Assembly (NCBI GenBank): GCA_016933595.1
Contig: JAFGAQ010000042.1
Span: 9,715-73,714, forward strand
Origin: Opitutales bacterium
GTDB lineage: Bacteria > Verrucomicrobiota > Verrucomicrobiia > Opitutales > JAFGAQ01
DNA: 64,000 nucleotides
Reading direction: 5' to 3'
Below the pieces are notes generated by a model. It saw only the letters and a list, made by a program, of their open reading frames with translations. It ran no database searches and was not told where the DNA came from. Below, piece by piece: positions 9,565 to 20,190 of the stretch. Position 1 is the first letter of the stretch. Each line of letters starts with the position of its first letter. Both the position numbers and the translations under genes were made by a program.

Positions 9565-12135
9565 ATGCGTTTTCCTCTTAAGCCACCGGACCAATACCTC
9601 GAATCGGATGTGATCCTGGAGCGTTTCATATCTTACGTTCACAGTGAGGGATTTGAGATGTATCCGGCTCAGGAGGAGGCCATTCTGGAGCTCTACGGAG
9701 GGCAGAATGTTATCCTGAACACTCCGACCGGGTCCGGAAAGTCGCTCGTCGCGACAGCACTGCACTATCTGGCGATCTGTCAAGGACGCAGATCGGTTTA
9801 TACTTGCCCCATAAAGGCATTGGTAAACGAAAAGTTCCTGGCGCTCTGTCGCCTGTTTGGGCCCGAAAATGTCGGGATGATGACGGGTGACGCCAGTGTG
9901 AACCGGGATGCGCTGGTGTTGTGCTGCACGGCAGAGATTCTCGCGAATATTGCCTTGCGGGACGGCCCGTTTGCGCGGGTGGATGACGTGATCATGGACG
10001 AGTTCCACTACTACTCCGACGAGGATCGCGGCGTGGCATGGCAGGCCCCGTTGCTCACACTTCCCCATGCCCGCTTCCTCTTGATGTCGGCGACCTTGGG
10101 TGATACCCGGTTTTTTGAAAAGGATTTGGAGCGGGCAACCGATCGGAAGACATTGACTGTGTCGAGCACGGACCGGCCGGTTCCACTCGAGTTTTCATAC
10201 GAGGAACGTCCGTTGACCGAGGCGATCGATCTTTTGCAGTCCAGTGGCAAGCTCCCGGTGTATCTGGTGCATTTCACTCAAAGATCGGCTGCTCAAACCG
10301 CCCAGAACCTTCAGAGCGTGACGGTGTGCTCGAAGGAGGATAAGGCAATGATTGCAGAAGAGTTGGAAACGGTTCCCTTCAACAGTCCGTTTGGCAAAGA
10401 TATCAAGCGGTTTATCCGCAATGGGGTGGGCCTTCACCATGCCGGATTGCTTCCCCGTTACCGTTTATTGGTGGAGAAGCTCGCTCAGCGGGGTTTGCTC
10501 AAAGTGATCTGCGGGACGGATACCCTGGGTGTTGGGGTGAATGTACCCATTCGGACGGTGTTGTTTACCCAGTTGTGCAAGTATGATGGCAAGAAGACGC
10601 GCATTCTGAGTGCGCGGGATTTTCATCAGATCAGTGGGCGGGCCGGGCGCCGGGGATTTGACTCAATCGGTTATGTCGTTGCCATGGCCCCCGAGCATGT
10701 GATCGAAAACCGGCGGCTCGAGATGAAGGCGGGAGATGATCCGGCCAAGAAACGGAAGATGGTCCGCAAAAAGCCTCCCGAAAAAGGCTATGTGCATTGG
10801 GATGGACAGACCTTTGATCGCCTTATCCAGTCAAAACCGGAGGCTCTTGAGTCGCGTTTCAAGGTAACGCACGGTATGCTGTTGAATGTGCTCAGCCGTC
10901 AGGGCGACGGATGCCGCGCGATGCGAAACCTGATCGCGGAGTCTCATCATCCGGAGGCTGCGAGGCCGGGCTTGCGCCGGCAGGCTTTTCAGTTGTTCCG
11001 GTCGCTTCTTGAACGGCAAATTGTCGAGATATTGCCCCATCCGCAAGAGGGGCGGAAGCTCAGGGTCAATGTGGAGCTTCAGGATGACTTCTCTCTAAAT
11101 CAAACGCTGTCACTGTATTTCGTGGATACGCTCGCCTTGTTGGACTCGGACGCTTCGGACTATCCCTTCAAGGTGATTTCGCTGGCGGAATCCATCGTTG
11201 AGGATCCGGATGCAATTCTACGCCGACAGTTGATGCGGGTCAAAGAGGAGAAAATCGCCGAGTGGAAAGCAGCCGGAATCGAGTATGAAGAACGAATGGA
11301 ACGGCTCGAAACCCTTGAGTATCCGAAGCCGGAGCGGGATTTTATCTACGACACTTTCAATGCGTTTGCCCGTGAGCATCCGTGGGTGGGCAAGGAGAAT
11401 ATTCACCCGAAATCGATCGTTCGGGAGATGTACGAAGGCTATAGCAGTTTTGGTGACTATATCAAAACCTACGGAATTGAGCAGGTCGAAGGCCTTTTGC
11501 TACGCCATCTCTCGCAGGTGTATCATGTGCTTGAGAGCACCCTGCCACCGGTCTACCGGACGGAGCCGGTGGATGAGGTTTTGGTGTACCTTGAGGGGTT
11601 GCTGCGGACGGTTGACTCTAGCTTGTTGGACGAATGGGAGCGGATGAGGAATCCCGACTTGCCCGTGGGATGGAGGACAGAGTCCTCCTCCATCGTGGCT
11701 CACGAAAAAGCTGTGGACATCACGGCGAACCGGGATGCTTTCACCAAATTGGTCCGGAGTGAGGTTTTCCGATTGGTGCGAATGCTTGCGAACCGTCAGT
11801 ATACCGACATCCGGGACACCTACGATTTGTCGTTGCTGTTTCCGGATGCGCCCGCCGAAGGGGTTGGAGCAAGGGACTTTGTGCTGACCAGACGAATGGA
11901 AGACTACCATTTATCCCACTCGTGGATACGCCTGGATCCGGAGGCTCGGGCGACCAAGCATACTCGGATCGACCGTGATGACCCCAACCGATGGGTGGTG
12001 CGTCAGACCTTGGTGGATGCGGAAGAGCTGAATGATTGGGAGATGGTTTTCCAAATCGACCTTGCAGGGAGTCGTGAAGCGAGTCACGTGGTAATGATTC
12101 CACTCGGCCTGGGGCCTATTGGAAATGAGCAGTAA
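9565..12135 (+). CDS. Ski2/Lhr-like DEAD/DEAH-box helicase with long C-terminal (DUF3516-like) extension
   Basis: Walker A '[12 protein letters not shown]', '[10 protein letters not shown]' (DEFH box), 'LMSATLG' and motif VI '[12 protein letters not shown]'. Length is 856 aa. Confidence 0.88.
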   Translation: MRFPLKPPDQYLESDVILERFISYVHSEGFEMYPAQEEAILELYGGQNVILNTPTGSGKSLVATALHYLAICQGRRSVYTCPIKALVNEKFLALCRLFGPENVGMMTGDASVNRDALVLCCTAEILANIALRDGPFARVDDVIMDEFHYYSDEDRGVAWQAPLLTLPHARFLLMSATLGDTRFFEKDLERATDRKTLTVSSTDRPVPLEFSYEERPLTEAIDLLQSSGKLPVYLVHFTQRSAAQTAQNLQSVTVCSKEDKAMIAEELETVPFNSPFGKDIKRFIRNGVGLHHAGLLPRYRLLVEKLAQRGLLKVICGTDTLGVGVNVPIRTVLFTQLCKYDGKKTRILSARDFHQISGRAGRRGFDSIGYVVAMAPEHVIENRRLEMKAGDDPAKKRKMVRKKPPEKGYVHWDGQTFDRLIQSKPEALESRFKVTHGMLLNVLSRQGDGCRAMRNLIAESHHPEAARPGLRRQAFQLFRSLLERQIVEILPHPQEGRKLRVNVELQDDFSLNQTLSLYFVDTLALLDSDASDYPFKVISLAESIVEDPDAILRRQLMRVKEEKIAEWKAAGIEYEERMERLETLEYPKPERDFIYDTFNAFAREHPWVGKENIHPKSIVREMYEGYSSFGDYIKTYGIEQVEGLLLRHLSQVYHVLESTLPPVYRTEPVDEVLVYLEGLLRTVDSSLLDEWERMRNPDLPVGWRTESSSIVAHEKAVDITANRDAFTKLVRSEVFRLVRMLANRQYTDIRDTYDLSLLFPDAPAEGVGARDFVLTRRMEDYHLSHSWIRLDPEARATKHTRIDRDDPNRWVVRQTLVDAEELNDWEMVFQIDLAGSREASHVVMIPLGLGPIGNEQ

Positions 12136-13117
12136 AGGAAAATTCACGCGATCGGTGATTGATGACGGGATTCGGGAATATGCTTCCCGCATGAACCGTG
12201 TCATGGATTATGTCGAGCGTCACCTCGATCAGGAAATGTGTCTCGATGAACTCGCGGGAATTGCCCATTTTTCGGCATTCCATTTTCACCGCCTGTTTCG
12301 AGCCTATACGGGTGAGACCCTCGGAAGGTTCATATCCCGACTGCGGCTGCAAAAGGCTGCCGGCCAGTTGCTCCACAATCCGGAGAAGAGTGTTACCCAC
12401 ATTGCATTGGATTGTGGATTTGGGAGTTCAGCCGCTTTTGCAAGAGCGTTCAGGGATTGCTTCGGGATGTCGGCATCCGAGTGGAGACGATCGCCAAATC
12501 CCATTCAGAGCAATTTGGATCAAAGGTTGAGCAACATGCGTGAAGCAGCTTCGGAAAGCATCTGCTACAGTGGGGTTATCCAATCCATCCCGGTTTGGAC
12601 AATAAACATGAAAAATACCATGAATCAGAAAACACTGACTGTCGAAGTAAAGGACCTTCCCGAACGTCATCTCGCGTATGTTCGCCATATCGGGCCCTAT
12701 GTTGGAGATGAGGCTCTGTTCAAAAACCTTTTCGAGCGGATTTGCCGTTGGGCGGGTGCGCGCTCGCTGATAAACGAAAAAAGCGGGTTTTTCGCGGTTT
12801 ACCACGATGATCCCGAGATCACCGATGAGGAGAAGCTCAGGGTCTCTGTGGGGATAACCGTGCCTGCGGGAACCCGCGGGGATGAAAAGGTTTCGGTGAT
12901 GCGCCTTGAGGGAGGCCGCTATGCGGTTGCTCACTGCCGAATCGCGGAATCAAGTGATTTCTGGCCGGCATGGAGAGCATTGTATGGAGAATGGTTACCG
13001 CAAAGCGGTTTTCAGCCGGATGACCGCCTGTGCTTCGAGCAATACCTGAATGACCCGAAAGAGGATCCGGATGGTATCATGATCGTCGATATGTGTGTGC
13101 CGGTGAAGCCTCTGTGA
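12125..13117 (+). CDS. AraC-family transcriptional regulator with C-terminal GyrI-like effector-binding domain
   Basis: AraC HTH region '[40 protein letters not shown]...[29 protein letters not shown]'. The C-terminal half ('YVRHIGPY...[18 protein letters not shown]...CVPV') is GyrI/SOUL-like. I chose the ATG at 12125. Confidence 0.85.
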   Translation: MSSKGKFTRSVIDDGIREYASRMNRVMDYVERHLDQEMCLDELAGIAHFSAFHFHRLFRAYTGETLGRFISRLRLQKAAGQLLHNPEKSVTHIALDCGFGSSAAFARAFRDCFGMSASEWRRSPNPIQSNLDQRLSNMREAASESICYSGVIQSIPVWTINMKNTMNQKTLTVEVKDLPERHLAYVRHIGPYVGDEALFKNLFERICRWAGARSLINEKSGFFAVYHDDPEITDEEKLRVSVGITVPAGTRGDEKVSVMRLEGGRYAVAHCRIAESSDFWPAWRALYGEWLPQSGFQPDDRLCFEQYLNDPKEDPDGIMIVDMCVPVKPL

Positions 13118-13319
13118 GGTTGGACCCCTTCGAGACCGAAAGTTCGGAGGGCTTCGGGTGAAAATCACCGGATTTCGGTCTGAATCGCCAGTTTTTATAT
13201 GGAATATTTTGGGCGCAGGTGTCCGGAGTTTCGCTTCCCGTTTGACGTTGAGTTGATTTCCGGTGCCTGCGCTCACTTTTGGCGTAAGATTTGCACACAT
13301 GAATTTGTGGAAGATCGAC

Positions 13320-13346
13320 TTGACAGAAACAGGGAAGTGATAATTT
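13320..13346 (+). promoter_or_regulatory. candidate sigma70-type promoter for the marR-efflux operon (-35 TTGACA, extended -10 TGaTAATTT, 15-nt spacer)
   Basis: TTGACA sits at 13320-13325 and TG-a-TAATTT at 13338-13346, about 70 nt upstream of the marR ATG (13415). The spacer is shorter than optimal. Confidence 0.3.
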
Positions 13347-13361
13347 GTTTGCTGACTATTA

Positions 13362-13382
13362 GGAAGCCGATAGTTCGCTTCC
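13362..13382. promoter_or_regulatory. inverted repeat GGAAGC-N9-GCTTCC, candidate MarR operator
   Basis: GGAAGC is at 13362-13367 and GCTTCC at 13377-13382. This lies just downstream of the candidate -10 and 33 nt upstream of the marR start. Confidence 0.25.
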
Positions 13383-13414
13383 AAATCAAATATGACCCAT
13401 TCCATTTTCTAGCC

Positions 13415-14008
13415 ATGCCAAACATGCTTCTCAGAGATCTCCCGCCACGCAGCCATTTGGAAATGGCTTGCTCGATTTATCCGGAGCTGGATCCGAGTGC
13501 GACGGAGGCTGTGCTGTTGCTATTGAGGGCGGGGGATGATCTCACGGCAAAGTTTCAGGAATACATGCATCATTTCGGTGTATCGTCCGGTGGATTCTCT
13601 TTGATGATGCTGCTGGTGAACAAGGGTACGGGTGAGTTCCTTCAATGCTCGCCCGCCGAGTTGGCCGAGCGGTCGGGGGTTTCCAGAGCTACCGTTACGG
13701 GTGTTCTGGACACACTTGAGCGGGCTGGATTGGTCATGCGGGAGCCGGACTTGAACGATCGCCGGATGGTGATGGTCCGTCTCACTCCAAAGGGCCAGGA
13801 TGTGATCATGAGAATGCTGCCAGTACATTTTAAGTATATGGCCGATTTTATGCGTGATTTCTCAGAGGAAGAACGGTCGATGTTGTCGCAGCTATGCAGG
13901 AAAATTATTGAAATGGCCAAGCGTCCGGAGCGGACCGGGGCGCATGTTGCTGGATGGCAGTCGGTATCTTTTGGAGCGGAAAAGGCGGGTAATCCCGGAC
14001 AAGAGTGA
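13415..14008 (+). CDS. MarR-family transcriptional regulator
   Basis: Winged-helix region 'SPAELAERSGVSRATVTGVLDTLERAGLVMREPDLNDRRMVMVRLTPKGQDV'. I chose the ATG at 13415 (MPNMLLRDLP...) because the ORF-track 5' extension from 13199 has no MarR-like sequence. Confidence 0.85.
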   Translation: MPNMLLRDLPPRSHLEMACSIYPELDPSATEAVLLLLRAGDDLTAKFQEYMHHFGVSSGGFSLMMLLVNKGTGEFLQCSPAELAERSGVSRATVTGVLDTLERAGLVMREPDLNDRRMVMVRLTPKGQDVIMRMLPVHFKYMADFMRDFSEEERSMLSQLCRKIIEMAKRPERTGAHVAGWQSVSFGAEKAGNPGQE

Positions 14009-14070
14009 AGGGCACCGGGGTATCAGGTCAGGGGATGATGGGTGAACAAAACCGTTAAGCGAAAGTGATT

Positions 14071-15183
14071 ATGTTAAAGAAGGCGTTTCTATTTTTTGTA
14101 TTGATCGTTGTGATCGTCGGAGGGTTGGCCGCAGCCTATGCGAGTCAGATCCGGATGCTGATCGCGGCTGGAGAAAGCATGGTTCCTCCTCCTGAATCCG
14201 TTTCAACAGTTGAAGCCGTGCAGCAAAAGTGGAGGCGCAGTGTCTCAGCTGTTGGATCAGTGGTTGCGGTTCAAGGGGTGATGGTGAGTCCCGAAATCCC
14301 TGGAAAAGTGGTATCCTTTTCCTTTGAGTCCGGTGAGTGTGTTGAAGCGGGACAGGTTTTGGTCGAACTGGACGCATCGACTGAAAGAGCCCAACTGAAG
14401 TCAGCGGAGTCCTCTTTCCGTTTGGCCCAGATCAGTCTAGACCGGTCCCGGGAGTTACTCGCACGGGATGCGGTTGCCAAGTCCGACTTCGATGCAGCTG
14501 AGGCACAGGCTCAACAGGCCGAGGCCCAGGTTGAGAACCTGCGGGCAGTGTTGGCCAAAAAGACCATTCGGGCGCCCTTTTCCGGACGTTTGGGCATCCG
14601 GCAAGTGAATCTCGGGCAGTTTGTCGGGAGCGGAGCTCCTATCGTGTCGATCCAAAGTATTGATCCGGTTTTTGTGGATTTCTATGTCCCCCAGCAACGT
14701 TTGGCGTCTGTCAAAGAAGGTTATGAGGTCGAAGTGAAATCAGACCTTCAGACGGAGGTGCTCCGGGGATCTGTCTCAGCTGTTGCCGCGGAGATTGATG
14801 AGGCAACCCGTAATGCCCGGGTGCGTGCGTCCCTGCCGAGTCCTGACGGGATATTGCGCCCCGGAATGTTTGTGCGGGTGAGGGTTTATGAACCTGTGGA
14901 GGCTGAGGTGACGGCGATCCCGGTTACATCGGTGGTGTACGCTCCCTATGGGAATTCGGTGTTTGTAGTGGAGGAAAACGAGGCGGGCGCGACGATTGCG
15001 CGGCAGCGTTTTGTCCGGCTCGGAGAAGTCCGTGGCGACTATGTTCAGGTATTGCAAGGGGTGAACTCCGGAGAGCAGATTGTGAGCAACGGGGCGTTCA
15101 AGCTTCGCAACAATGCCAAAGTGAAAGTAGACAATTCGAGCAATCCTGAGATCCAGCTCGATCCGAAACCTTCTGAAGCCTGA
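14071..15183 (+). CDS. RND efflux periplasmic adaptor (membrane fusion protein, HlyD family)
   Basis: N-terminal anchor 'MLKKAFLFFVLIVVIVGGLAA', coiled-coil segment 'AEAQAQQAEAQVENLRAVLAKKTIRAPFSGRLG', and a beta-barrel/MP-domain-like C-terminus. Confidence 0.9.
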   Translation: MLKKAFLFFVLIVVIVGGLAAAYASQIRMLIAAGESMVPPPESVSTVEAVQQKWRRSVSAVGSVVAVQGVMVSPEIPGKVVSFSFESGECVEAGQVLVELDASTERAQLKSAESSFRLAQISLDRSRELLARDAVAKSDFDAAEAQAQQAEAQVENLRAVLAKKTIRAPFSGRLGIRQVNLGQFVGSGAPIVSIQSIDPVFVDFYVPQQRLASVKEGYEVEVKSDLQTEVLRGSVSAVAAEIDEATRNARVRASLPSPDGILRPGMFVRVRVYEPVEAEVTAIPVTSVVYAPYGNSVFVVEENEAGATIARQRFVRLGEVRGDYVQVLQGVNSGEQIVSNGAFKLRNNAKVKVDNSSNPEIQLDPKPSEA

Positions 15184-15215
15184 TGCGTAGCGGAAAATCC
15201 AATCGGGCTATTGAC

Positions 15216-18200
15216 ATGAAAACCCATTCGAAAGCTTTTACGGACGTCTTCATACGGCGTCCGGTTTTGGCAATTGTTGTCAACCTGGTGATTATTATCG
15301 CCGGGGTGCAAGCCTACAATTCGCTGACTGTCCGGCAGTATCCCCGCAATGAGAATGCGGTGATTTCGGTGAGTACGGTTTACGTTGGCGCGAATGCCGA
15401 CTTGGTGAGGGGCTTTATCACCACTCCATTGGAAAGGGCCGTGGCATCGGCTGACGGGATTGACTACATCGAGTCCACGAGTTCGCAGAGTATTTCGACC
15501 ATCCGGGCTCGTTTGAAGCTTAACCATGACGGGAACAAGGCTTTGGCGGAGATCAGTACGAAAGTGGACCAGGTCCGTGGAGATCTTCCTCCCGAATCCC
15601 AGATTCCGGTGATATCGATTGAAACGGCGGATTCAGGCTTTGCATCGGCCTATCTGCGCTTCAATTCCAGCATTCTGGAGTCGAATGAGATCACAGATTA
15701 TCTGACCCGTGTAGTGCAGCCGCGGCTGACAGCAGTGCCGGGTGTGCAGCGGGCGGAAATTCTCGGTGGACGGGTGTTCGCGATGAGGATTTGGCTCGAT
15801 CCGGACCGTATGGCGGCTCTCGGAGTTAGTCCGGCCCAGGTGCGTCAGGCGCTTGCCGCCAACAACTATCTGGCGGCCATCGGGCAGACCCGTGGAGCAC
15901 TGGTGACCGTGAATTTGTCGGTCAACACGGATTTGCGTAGCCCGGAGGAGTTCCGGCAGCTTGTGATCCGTGAGGAAGGTGGTGCGATTGTGCGGCTGGG
16001 GGATATTGCCGAGGTGGTGTTGGGCGCCGAAGACTATTCCTACGATGTTCGGTTCTCGGGGCAGAGTGCCGTGTTTATTGGGATCTATGTGATGCCGAAT
16101 GCCAATACCTTGGATGTGATCCGGGGCATCCGGAATGAGATGGACCAAATTGAGAAGGATCTACCTGTCGGAATCGAAGGTGGAATTGCCTACGACTCCA
16201 CTTTGTATATCGAGGACGCAATCAGCGAGGTTTACCATACTTTGGGTGAGACGCTCCTGATTGTGGTGGTGGTGATCTTCCTGTTTTTGGGAACCTTCCG
16301 GTCCGTTCTGGTTCCGGTTGTGGCGATTCCGGTTTCGCTGATCGGAGCCGTCTTTCTAATGCAGTTGTTCGGGTTCAGTATCAACCTGCTCACCCTTTTG
16401 GCGATTGTTTTGTCGGTTGGGCTCGTGGTGGACGATGCCATTGTGGCGGTGGAGAATGTGGAGCGGCACATGCGAATGGGAAAAAAGCCATTCGATGCAG
16501 CTATTCATGCGGCCAGGGAGCTTGTGGGTCCGATCATCGCGATGACGATAACCCTTGCTGCTGTTTATGCACCGATTGGCTTGCAGGGCGGGCTTACCGG
16601 GACCTTTTTCCGGGAATTTGCATTCACCTTGGCCGGGGCGGTGTTGATCTCCGGCATGGTGGCCCTGACATTGTCTCCGATGATGGCATCGAGGATGCTG
16701 CATCAGGACGAGTCCGAACGTGGACTTGCCGGACGGATTACCAGAGGATTTGACCGTCTGCGTGCAGCATATGGAAGGTGGCTGGATGGTGCGTTGGAGG
16801 CCCGTGGTTTTGTGTATGTGCTTTGGGTTGTGCTCGGTCTCTTGGCGGTGGCGATGTTCATGCTTTCTCCCAAGGAGCTCGCCCCATCTGAGGATGAGGG
16901 ATTCCTGTTCTCGATTGTGCAGACGCCGCCTAATCCCACCTTGGAGCAGTCTCTGCATTATACCGATCAAATCTATGAGTTGATCTCCGCGATCCCCGAA
17001 TACGCATACGGATTTCAGATCACGTTGCCGAGTATGGGGATGGCGGGTATTGTGATGAAACCGTGGAGCGAGCGGGATCGGCATGTGTCCCAGATTCTGC
17101 AGGAGTTGCAGAGCAAAGCCAGTGGAATAACAGGTGTGAGTGCGATGATTGTGAACCCTTCTGCCCTGCAGAGTGGGGGGCAATTTCCGGTGGAGTTTCT
17201 GATCGCATCAACGGCTGACACCGAGCAGATTCTGGACTTTGCCAAACAAATCCAGTTGCGGGCGGTTGATAGCGAGCTCTTCGCTTTTCCTCCGATCATC
17301 GATGTGAAATACGATCAGCCACAGGCCGAAATTGTGATCGATCGGGACAAGGTGGCCGCGCTGGGACTCAACCTGCAGCAGATCGGGCAGGATCTTGGGG
17401 CTGCGGTTGGAGGCAATTTCGTGAACCGGTTCAACATTGACGGTAGAAGCTACAAGGTCATCCCTCAGATCTCGAGACAACACCGTCTGTATCCAGAGCA
17501 GCTTGAGGATATCTATGTCAGCGGGCCCATGGGCCGCATGATTCCCCTGAGCACGGTGGCCACCATCGATTATAAGGTTCAGCCCCGTTCATTGAATCGT
17601 TTTCAGCAGCTTAACGCGGTGAAGATTTCGGGTGTTTCGATCGCTCCGCTCGACAAGGCTTTGAGGTTTTTGGAAGAAACCGCGGCCGAAATTCTTCCAC
17701 AAGGGTATTCGATCGACTACACGGGGGAGTCGAGGCAGTTGAGAAAGGAAGGTGGCAATAGCCAATTCCTGCTGACCTTCGGTTTTGCGGCACTGCTGAT
17801 TTTTCTGGTGCTCGCGGCTCAGTTCAACTCATTCCGCGACCCGTTTATCATCCTGGGGGGGTCTGTCCCTCTGGCCATGTTTGGAGCTCTGATCTTTACT
17901 TTCCTGAAGATGCCAAATCCCAATCTGCCGTCGTGGACCGATGGATGGACAACCACCTTCAATATCTACACTCAAGTTGGGCTCGTCACACTGGTGGGAC
18001 TCATTTCGAAGAACGGGATTTTGATTGTCGAGTTTGCCAATCAGCTGCAGATTCAGGGGGCCACCAAGCTGAAGGCGATCCGTGAGGCCTCGCTGACCCG
18101 GTTCCGTCCGGTTCTCATGACAAGTTTTGCGACGGTCTTTGGTCATTTTCCGCTGACGCTCGTGTCAGGACCCGGTGCGGAAGCCCGGAACTCGATTGGC

Positions 18201-18347
18201 CTTGTTTTGGTCGGCGGTATGGCAATCGGCACCTTTTTCACCCTGTTTGTCGTTCCCGCTCTTTATGTGCTGATTGCAAAAGAGCACCGGTCCAATCCGG
18301 ATCATATCCTTTCCGAAAACGATGAGGAGATGGTCCAATCCTCATGA
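15216..18347 (+). CDS. RND efflux transporter permease (AcrB/HAE1-type)
   Basis: 'FTDVFIRRPVLAIVVNLVIIIAG' start, 'VLSVGLVVDDAIVAVENVERH' and 'GLVTLVGLISKNGILIVEFAN', with the 12-TM architecture. I chose the ATG at 15216. Confidence 0.95.
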   Translation: MKTHSKAFTDVFIRRPVLAIVVNLVIIIAGVQAYNSLTVRQYPRNENAVISVSTVYVGANADLVRGFITTPLERAVASADGIDYIESTSSQSISTIRARLKLNHDGNKALAEISTKVDQVRGDLPPESQIPVISIETADSGFASAYLRFNSSILESNEITDYLTRVVQPRLTAVPGVQRAEILGGRVFAMRIWLDPDRMAALGVSPAQVRQALAANNYLAAIGQTRGALVTVNLSVNTDLRSPEEFRQLVIREEGGAIVRLGDIAEVVLGAEDYSYDVRFSGQSAVFIGIYVMPNANTLDVIRGIRNEMDQIEKDLPVGIEGGIAYDSTLYIEDAISEVYHTLGETLLIVVVVIFLFLGTFRSVLVPVVAIPVSLIGAVFLMQLFGFSINLLTLLAIVLSVGLVVDDAIVAVENVERHMRMGKKPFDAAIHAARELVGPIIAMTITLAAVYAPIGLQGGLTGTFFREFAFTLAGAVLISGMVALTLSPMMASRMLHQDESERGLAGRITRGFDRLRAAYGRWLDGALEARGFVYVLWVVLGLLAVAMFMLSPKELAPSEDEGFLFSIVQTPPNPTLEQSLHYTDQIYELISAIPEYAYGFQITLPSMGMAGIVMKPWSERDRHVSQILQELQSKASGITGVSAMIVNPSALQSGGQFPVEFLIASTADTEQILDFAKQIQLRAVDSELFAFPPIIDVKYDQPQAEIVIDRDKVAALGLNLQQIGQDLGAAVGGNFVNRFNIDGRSYKVIPQISRQHRLYPEQLEDIYVSGPMGRMIPLSTVATIDYKVQPRSLNRFQQLNAVKISGVSIAPLDKALRFLEETAAEILPQGYSIDYTGESRQLRKEGGNSQFLLTFGFAALLIFLVLAAQFNSFRDPFIILGGSVPLAMFGALIFTFLKMPNPNLPSWTDGWTTTFNIYTQVGLVTLVGLISKNGILIVEFANQLQIQGATKLKAIREASLTRFRPVLMTSFATVFGHFPLTLVSGPGAEARNSIGLVLVGGMAIGTFFTLFVVPALYVLIAKEHRSNPDHILSENDEEMVQSS

Positions 18348-19672
18348 CAGCCAATCCAGCTTACCACCGTATTGCAATGAACTCACGTTTCTCAAAAGGA
18401 ATATTGCTTCTGTTTGGATGCCTATGCGCCGGACATGGAGCTGATTCGATTCCCGCAACGCTCGATTTGTCTTCGGCGACGGCTTATGCATTGGAGCACA
18501 ACTACGCGATCCGCATGGCGAAGGAGCGGATCCGCGAGCAGGAGGGGATGATTGTCGAGGTAAAAGCGTCGGTTTTGCCAAACGCATCGATTCAGAGTTC
18601 CTACAGCCGAACCGATGAATCGCTGGTGAGCGGCCCCAATAGCGATCAGAATTGGTCGGTTGCCCTTCAGGTTTCGCAGCTTATCTATTCGGGGGGGGGC
18701 GTATCCGCCACCCTGGACGCGCAGCGTTTGACCCGCGAAGCTTCGTTGCTGGATCTGCGCGCGACCGTTGATCAGGTATTGGCTCAGGTGCGGGGCGCCT
18801 ATTACGATGTGATTCTTGCGCGCAATCGGATTGCGGTTCAGGAGCAGAACGTCCGTTTGCTTGAAGAGCAGCTGGCAAATGCACAGAGCCGTTTTGATGC
18901 GCAATCGGTATCCCGTTTCGATGTGTTAAGGGCGGAAGTGGAGCTGGCAAATGCACAACCTCCACTCATTCGCTCGAGAAACGCGCACCGGATTGCGGTG
19001 GATGAATTGTTCCGGGTCATTGGATTCAACCGGTCGGACTACGTTGGAGTGATTCCTCAGGTCGCGGGAGATTTGGACTTCACTCCGGTCGAGGCGGAAC
19101 TGGAGTCAGCACTGAGTCAAGCACTGCAGAATAGGCCGGAGTTACTCTATCTTGACGTGATGAGAAAGGCAAGGGAAGCCGGTGTGCGGATTGCCCGTTC
19201 AAACTACCTTCCGAATCTGTCGGTTTTCGGGGGATACGAGTGGGTCAAAGATGGTATGTCCGATCGGGTTGCGGATTCCAATGATGGTTGGAGGGTTGGG
19301 ATTCAGTCCTCTTGGGCAATCTTTGACGGCAGGGCCACCGAGGGGCGGGTGATTCAGGCCCGTTCTCAGGTCCGCCAGGTTGAGCTTCAGCTCGCGGATC
19401 AGCGGGTGGCTGTTGAGCTTGAGGTTAGGCGTGCGATCTCCTCGCTACAGGAGGCATTGGAATTGACCGAATCGGCGGGAAAGGTGGTTGACCAGGCGGA
19501 GGAGGCTTTGCGGTTGGCGGATGCCCGCTACAATGCAGGATCGGCCACTCAATTGGATGTGTTGCAGACACGGGTGGCTTTGACTCAGGCCCGGACCAAT
19601 CAGCATGAGGCGAATTACAGTTACCTGATGGCGGAGTCAGCGCTCCGGAAAGCATTGGGCGAGACCCGTTGA
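18344..19672 (+). CDS. TolC-family outer membrane efflux protein
   Basis: A signal-like segment 'GILLLFGCLCAGHGA' is followed by two OEP repeats with coiled-coil signatures ('LDLRATVDQVLAQVRGAYYDVILARNRI', 'AGSATQLDVLQTRVALTQARTN'). ATGA overlap with the RND stop at 18344-18347. The ATG at 18377 is an alternative start. Confidence 0.85.
   Translation: MTANPAYHRIAMNSRFSKGILLLFGCLCAGHGADSIPATLDLSSATAYALEHNYAIRMAKERIREQEGMIVEVKASVLPNASIQSSYSRTDESLVSGPNSDQNWSVALQVSQLIYSGGGVSATLDAQRLTREASLLDLRATVDQVLAQVRGAYYDVILARNRIAVQEQNVRLLEEQLANAQSRFDAQSVSRFDVLRAEVELANAQPPLIRSRNAHRIAVDELFRVIGFNRSDYVGVIPQVAGDLDFTPVEAELESALSQALQNRPELLYLDVMRKAREAGVRIARSNYLPNLSVFGGYEWVKDGMSDRVADSNDGWRVGIQSSWAIFDGRATEGRVIQARSQVRQVELQLADQRVAVELEVRRAISSLQEALELTESAGKVVDQAEEALRLADARYNAGSATQLDVLQTRVALTQARTNQHEANYSYLMAESALRKALGETR
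18691..18699 (+). repeat. G9 homopolymeric tract inside the TolC-family gene
   Basis: The sequence 'attc ggggggggg c' reads in frame as TCG GGG GGG GGC, encoding S-G-G-G of '...LIYSGGGVSA...'. Confidence 0.95.
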
Positions 19673-19685
19673 AATTGCCAAGAAA

Positions 19686-19714
19686 AAAGGCACCTTCCGC
19701 AAGAAGGTGCCTTT
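19686..19714. terminator. bidirectional rho-independent terminator between tolC-like (+) and hpf (-)
   Basis: Perfect 12-bp stem AAAGGCACCTTC / GAAGGTGCCTTT with loop CGCAA. An A6 run on the left reads as TTTTTT after the hairpin on the minus strand, and TTT follows on the plus strand. Confidence 0.75.
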
Positions 19715-19742
19715 GAAATGCCAAAAGTGCTGGATTCAGTGA

Positions 19743-20108
19743 TCAGGCAGGAACCTTTGGTAGTTCGGCCGGCAGGTCAATTTGTTTGGTTGTTTTGCGT
19801 TTGACGCGAATCAACCGGGATCTCCTGCGTAGCTTGCGGTCCAGTTTTTCCACCATGATGTCGATCGATTTGTAGAGATCATCACTCACTTCCCTCACGA
19901 TCATGGGTTTGCCGTTGATTTCAATGTGTCCCTTGGCCCAAAGTTCCCTTTCACTCGTCGAGATGATATCACATCCGAGTTCCACGCGGAGACGCTGAAT
20001 CCGATCTTCATGGTTAAAAAGCCTTTCACATTTCGAGAGAACGGCATTTTTCAGAGCATCGGTCAGTTCGAGGTGGTTCCCTGAGATGATGATTTCACTA
20101 TTATTCAT
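19743..20108 (-). CDS. hpf: ribosome hibernation-promoting factor (HPF/RaiA, sigma-54 modulation protein family)
   Basis: 'IIISGNHLELTDALKNAVLSKCERLFNHEDRIQRLRVEL' and 'GKPMIVREVSDDLYKSIDIMVEKLDRKLRR' match the HPF/YfiA fold pattern. Confidence 0.85.
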   Translation of the reverse strand: MNNSEIIISGNHLELTDALKNAVLSKCERLFNHEDRIQRLRVELGCDIISTSERELWAKGHIEINGKPMIVREVSDDLYKSIDIMVEKLDRKLRRRSRLIRVKRKTTKQIDLPAELPKVPA

Positions 20109-20190
20109 GATTATCCTTTGTTTTCCTTAGTTCAGGTTTAGGAGAAATGGTCTCGCCAACACGGCAAGATGGTGGAAATACTCTTTTTGA

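Noticed and set aside
13199-13414. A 72-codon N-terminal extension of the MarR ORF in the ORF track
   Set aside because: The extension has no MarR-like sequence and would cover the candidate promoter and operator. The ATG at 13415 gives a normal-length MarR of about 197 aa.
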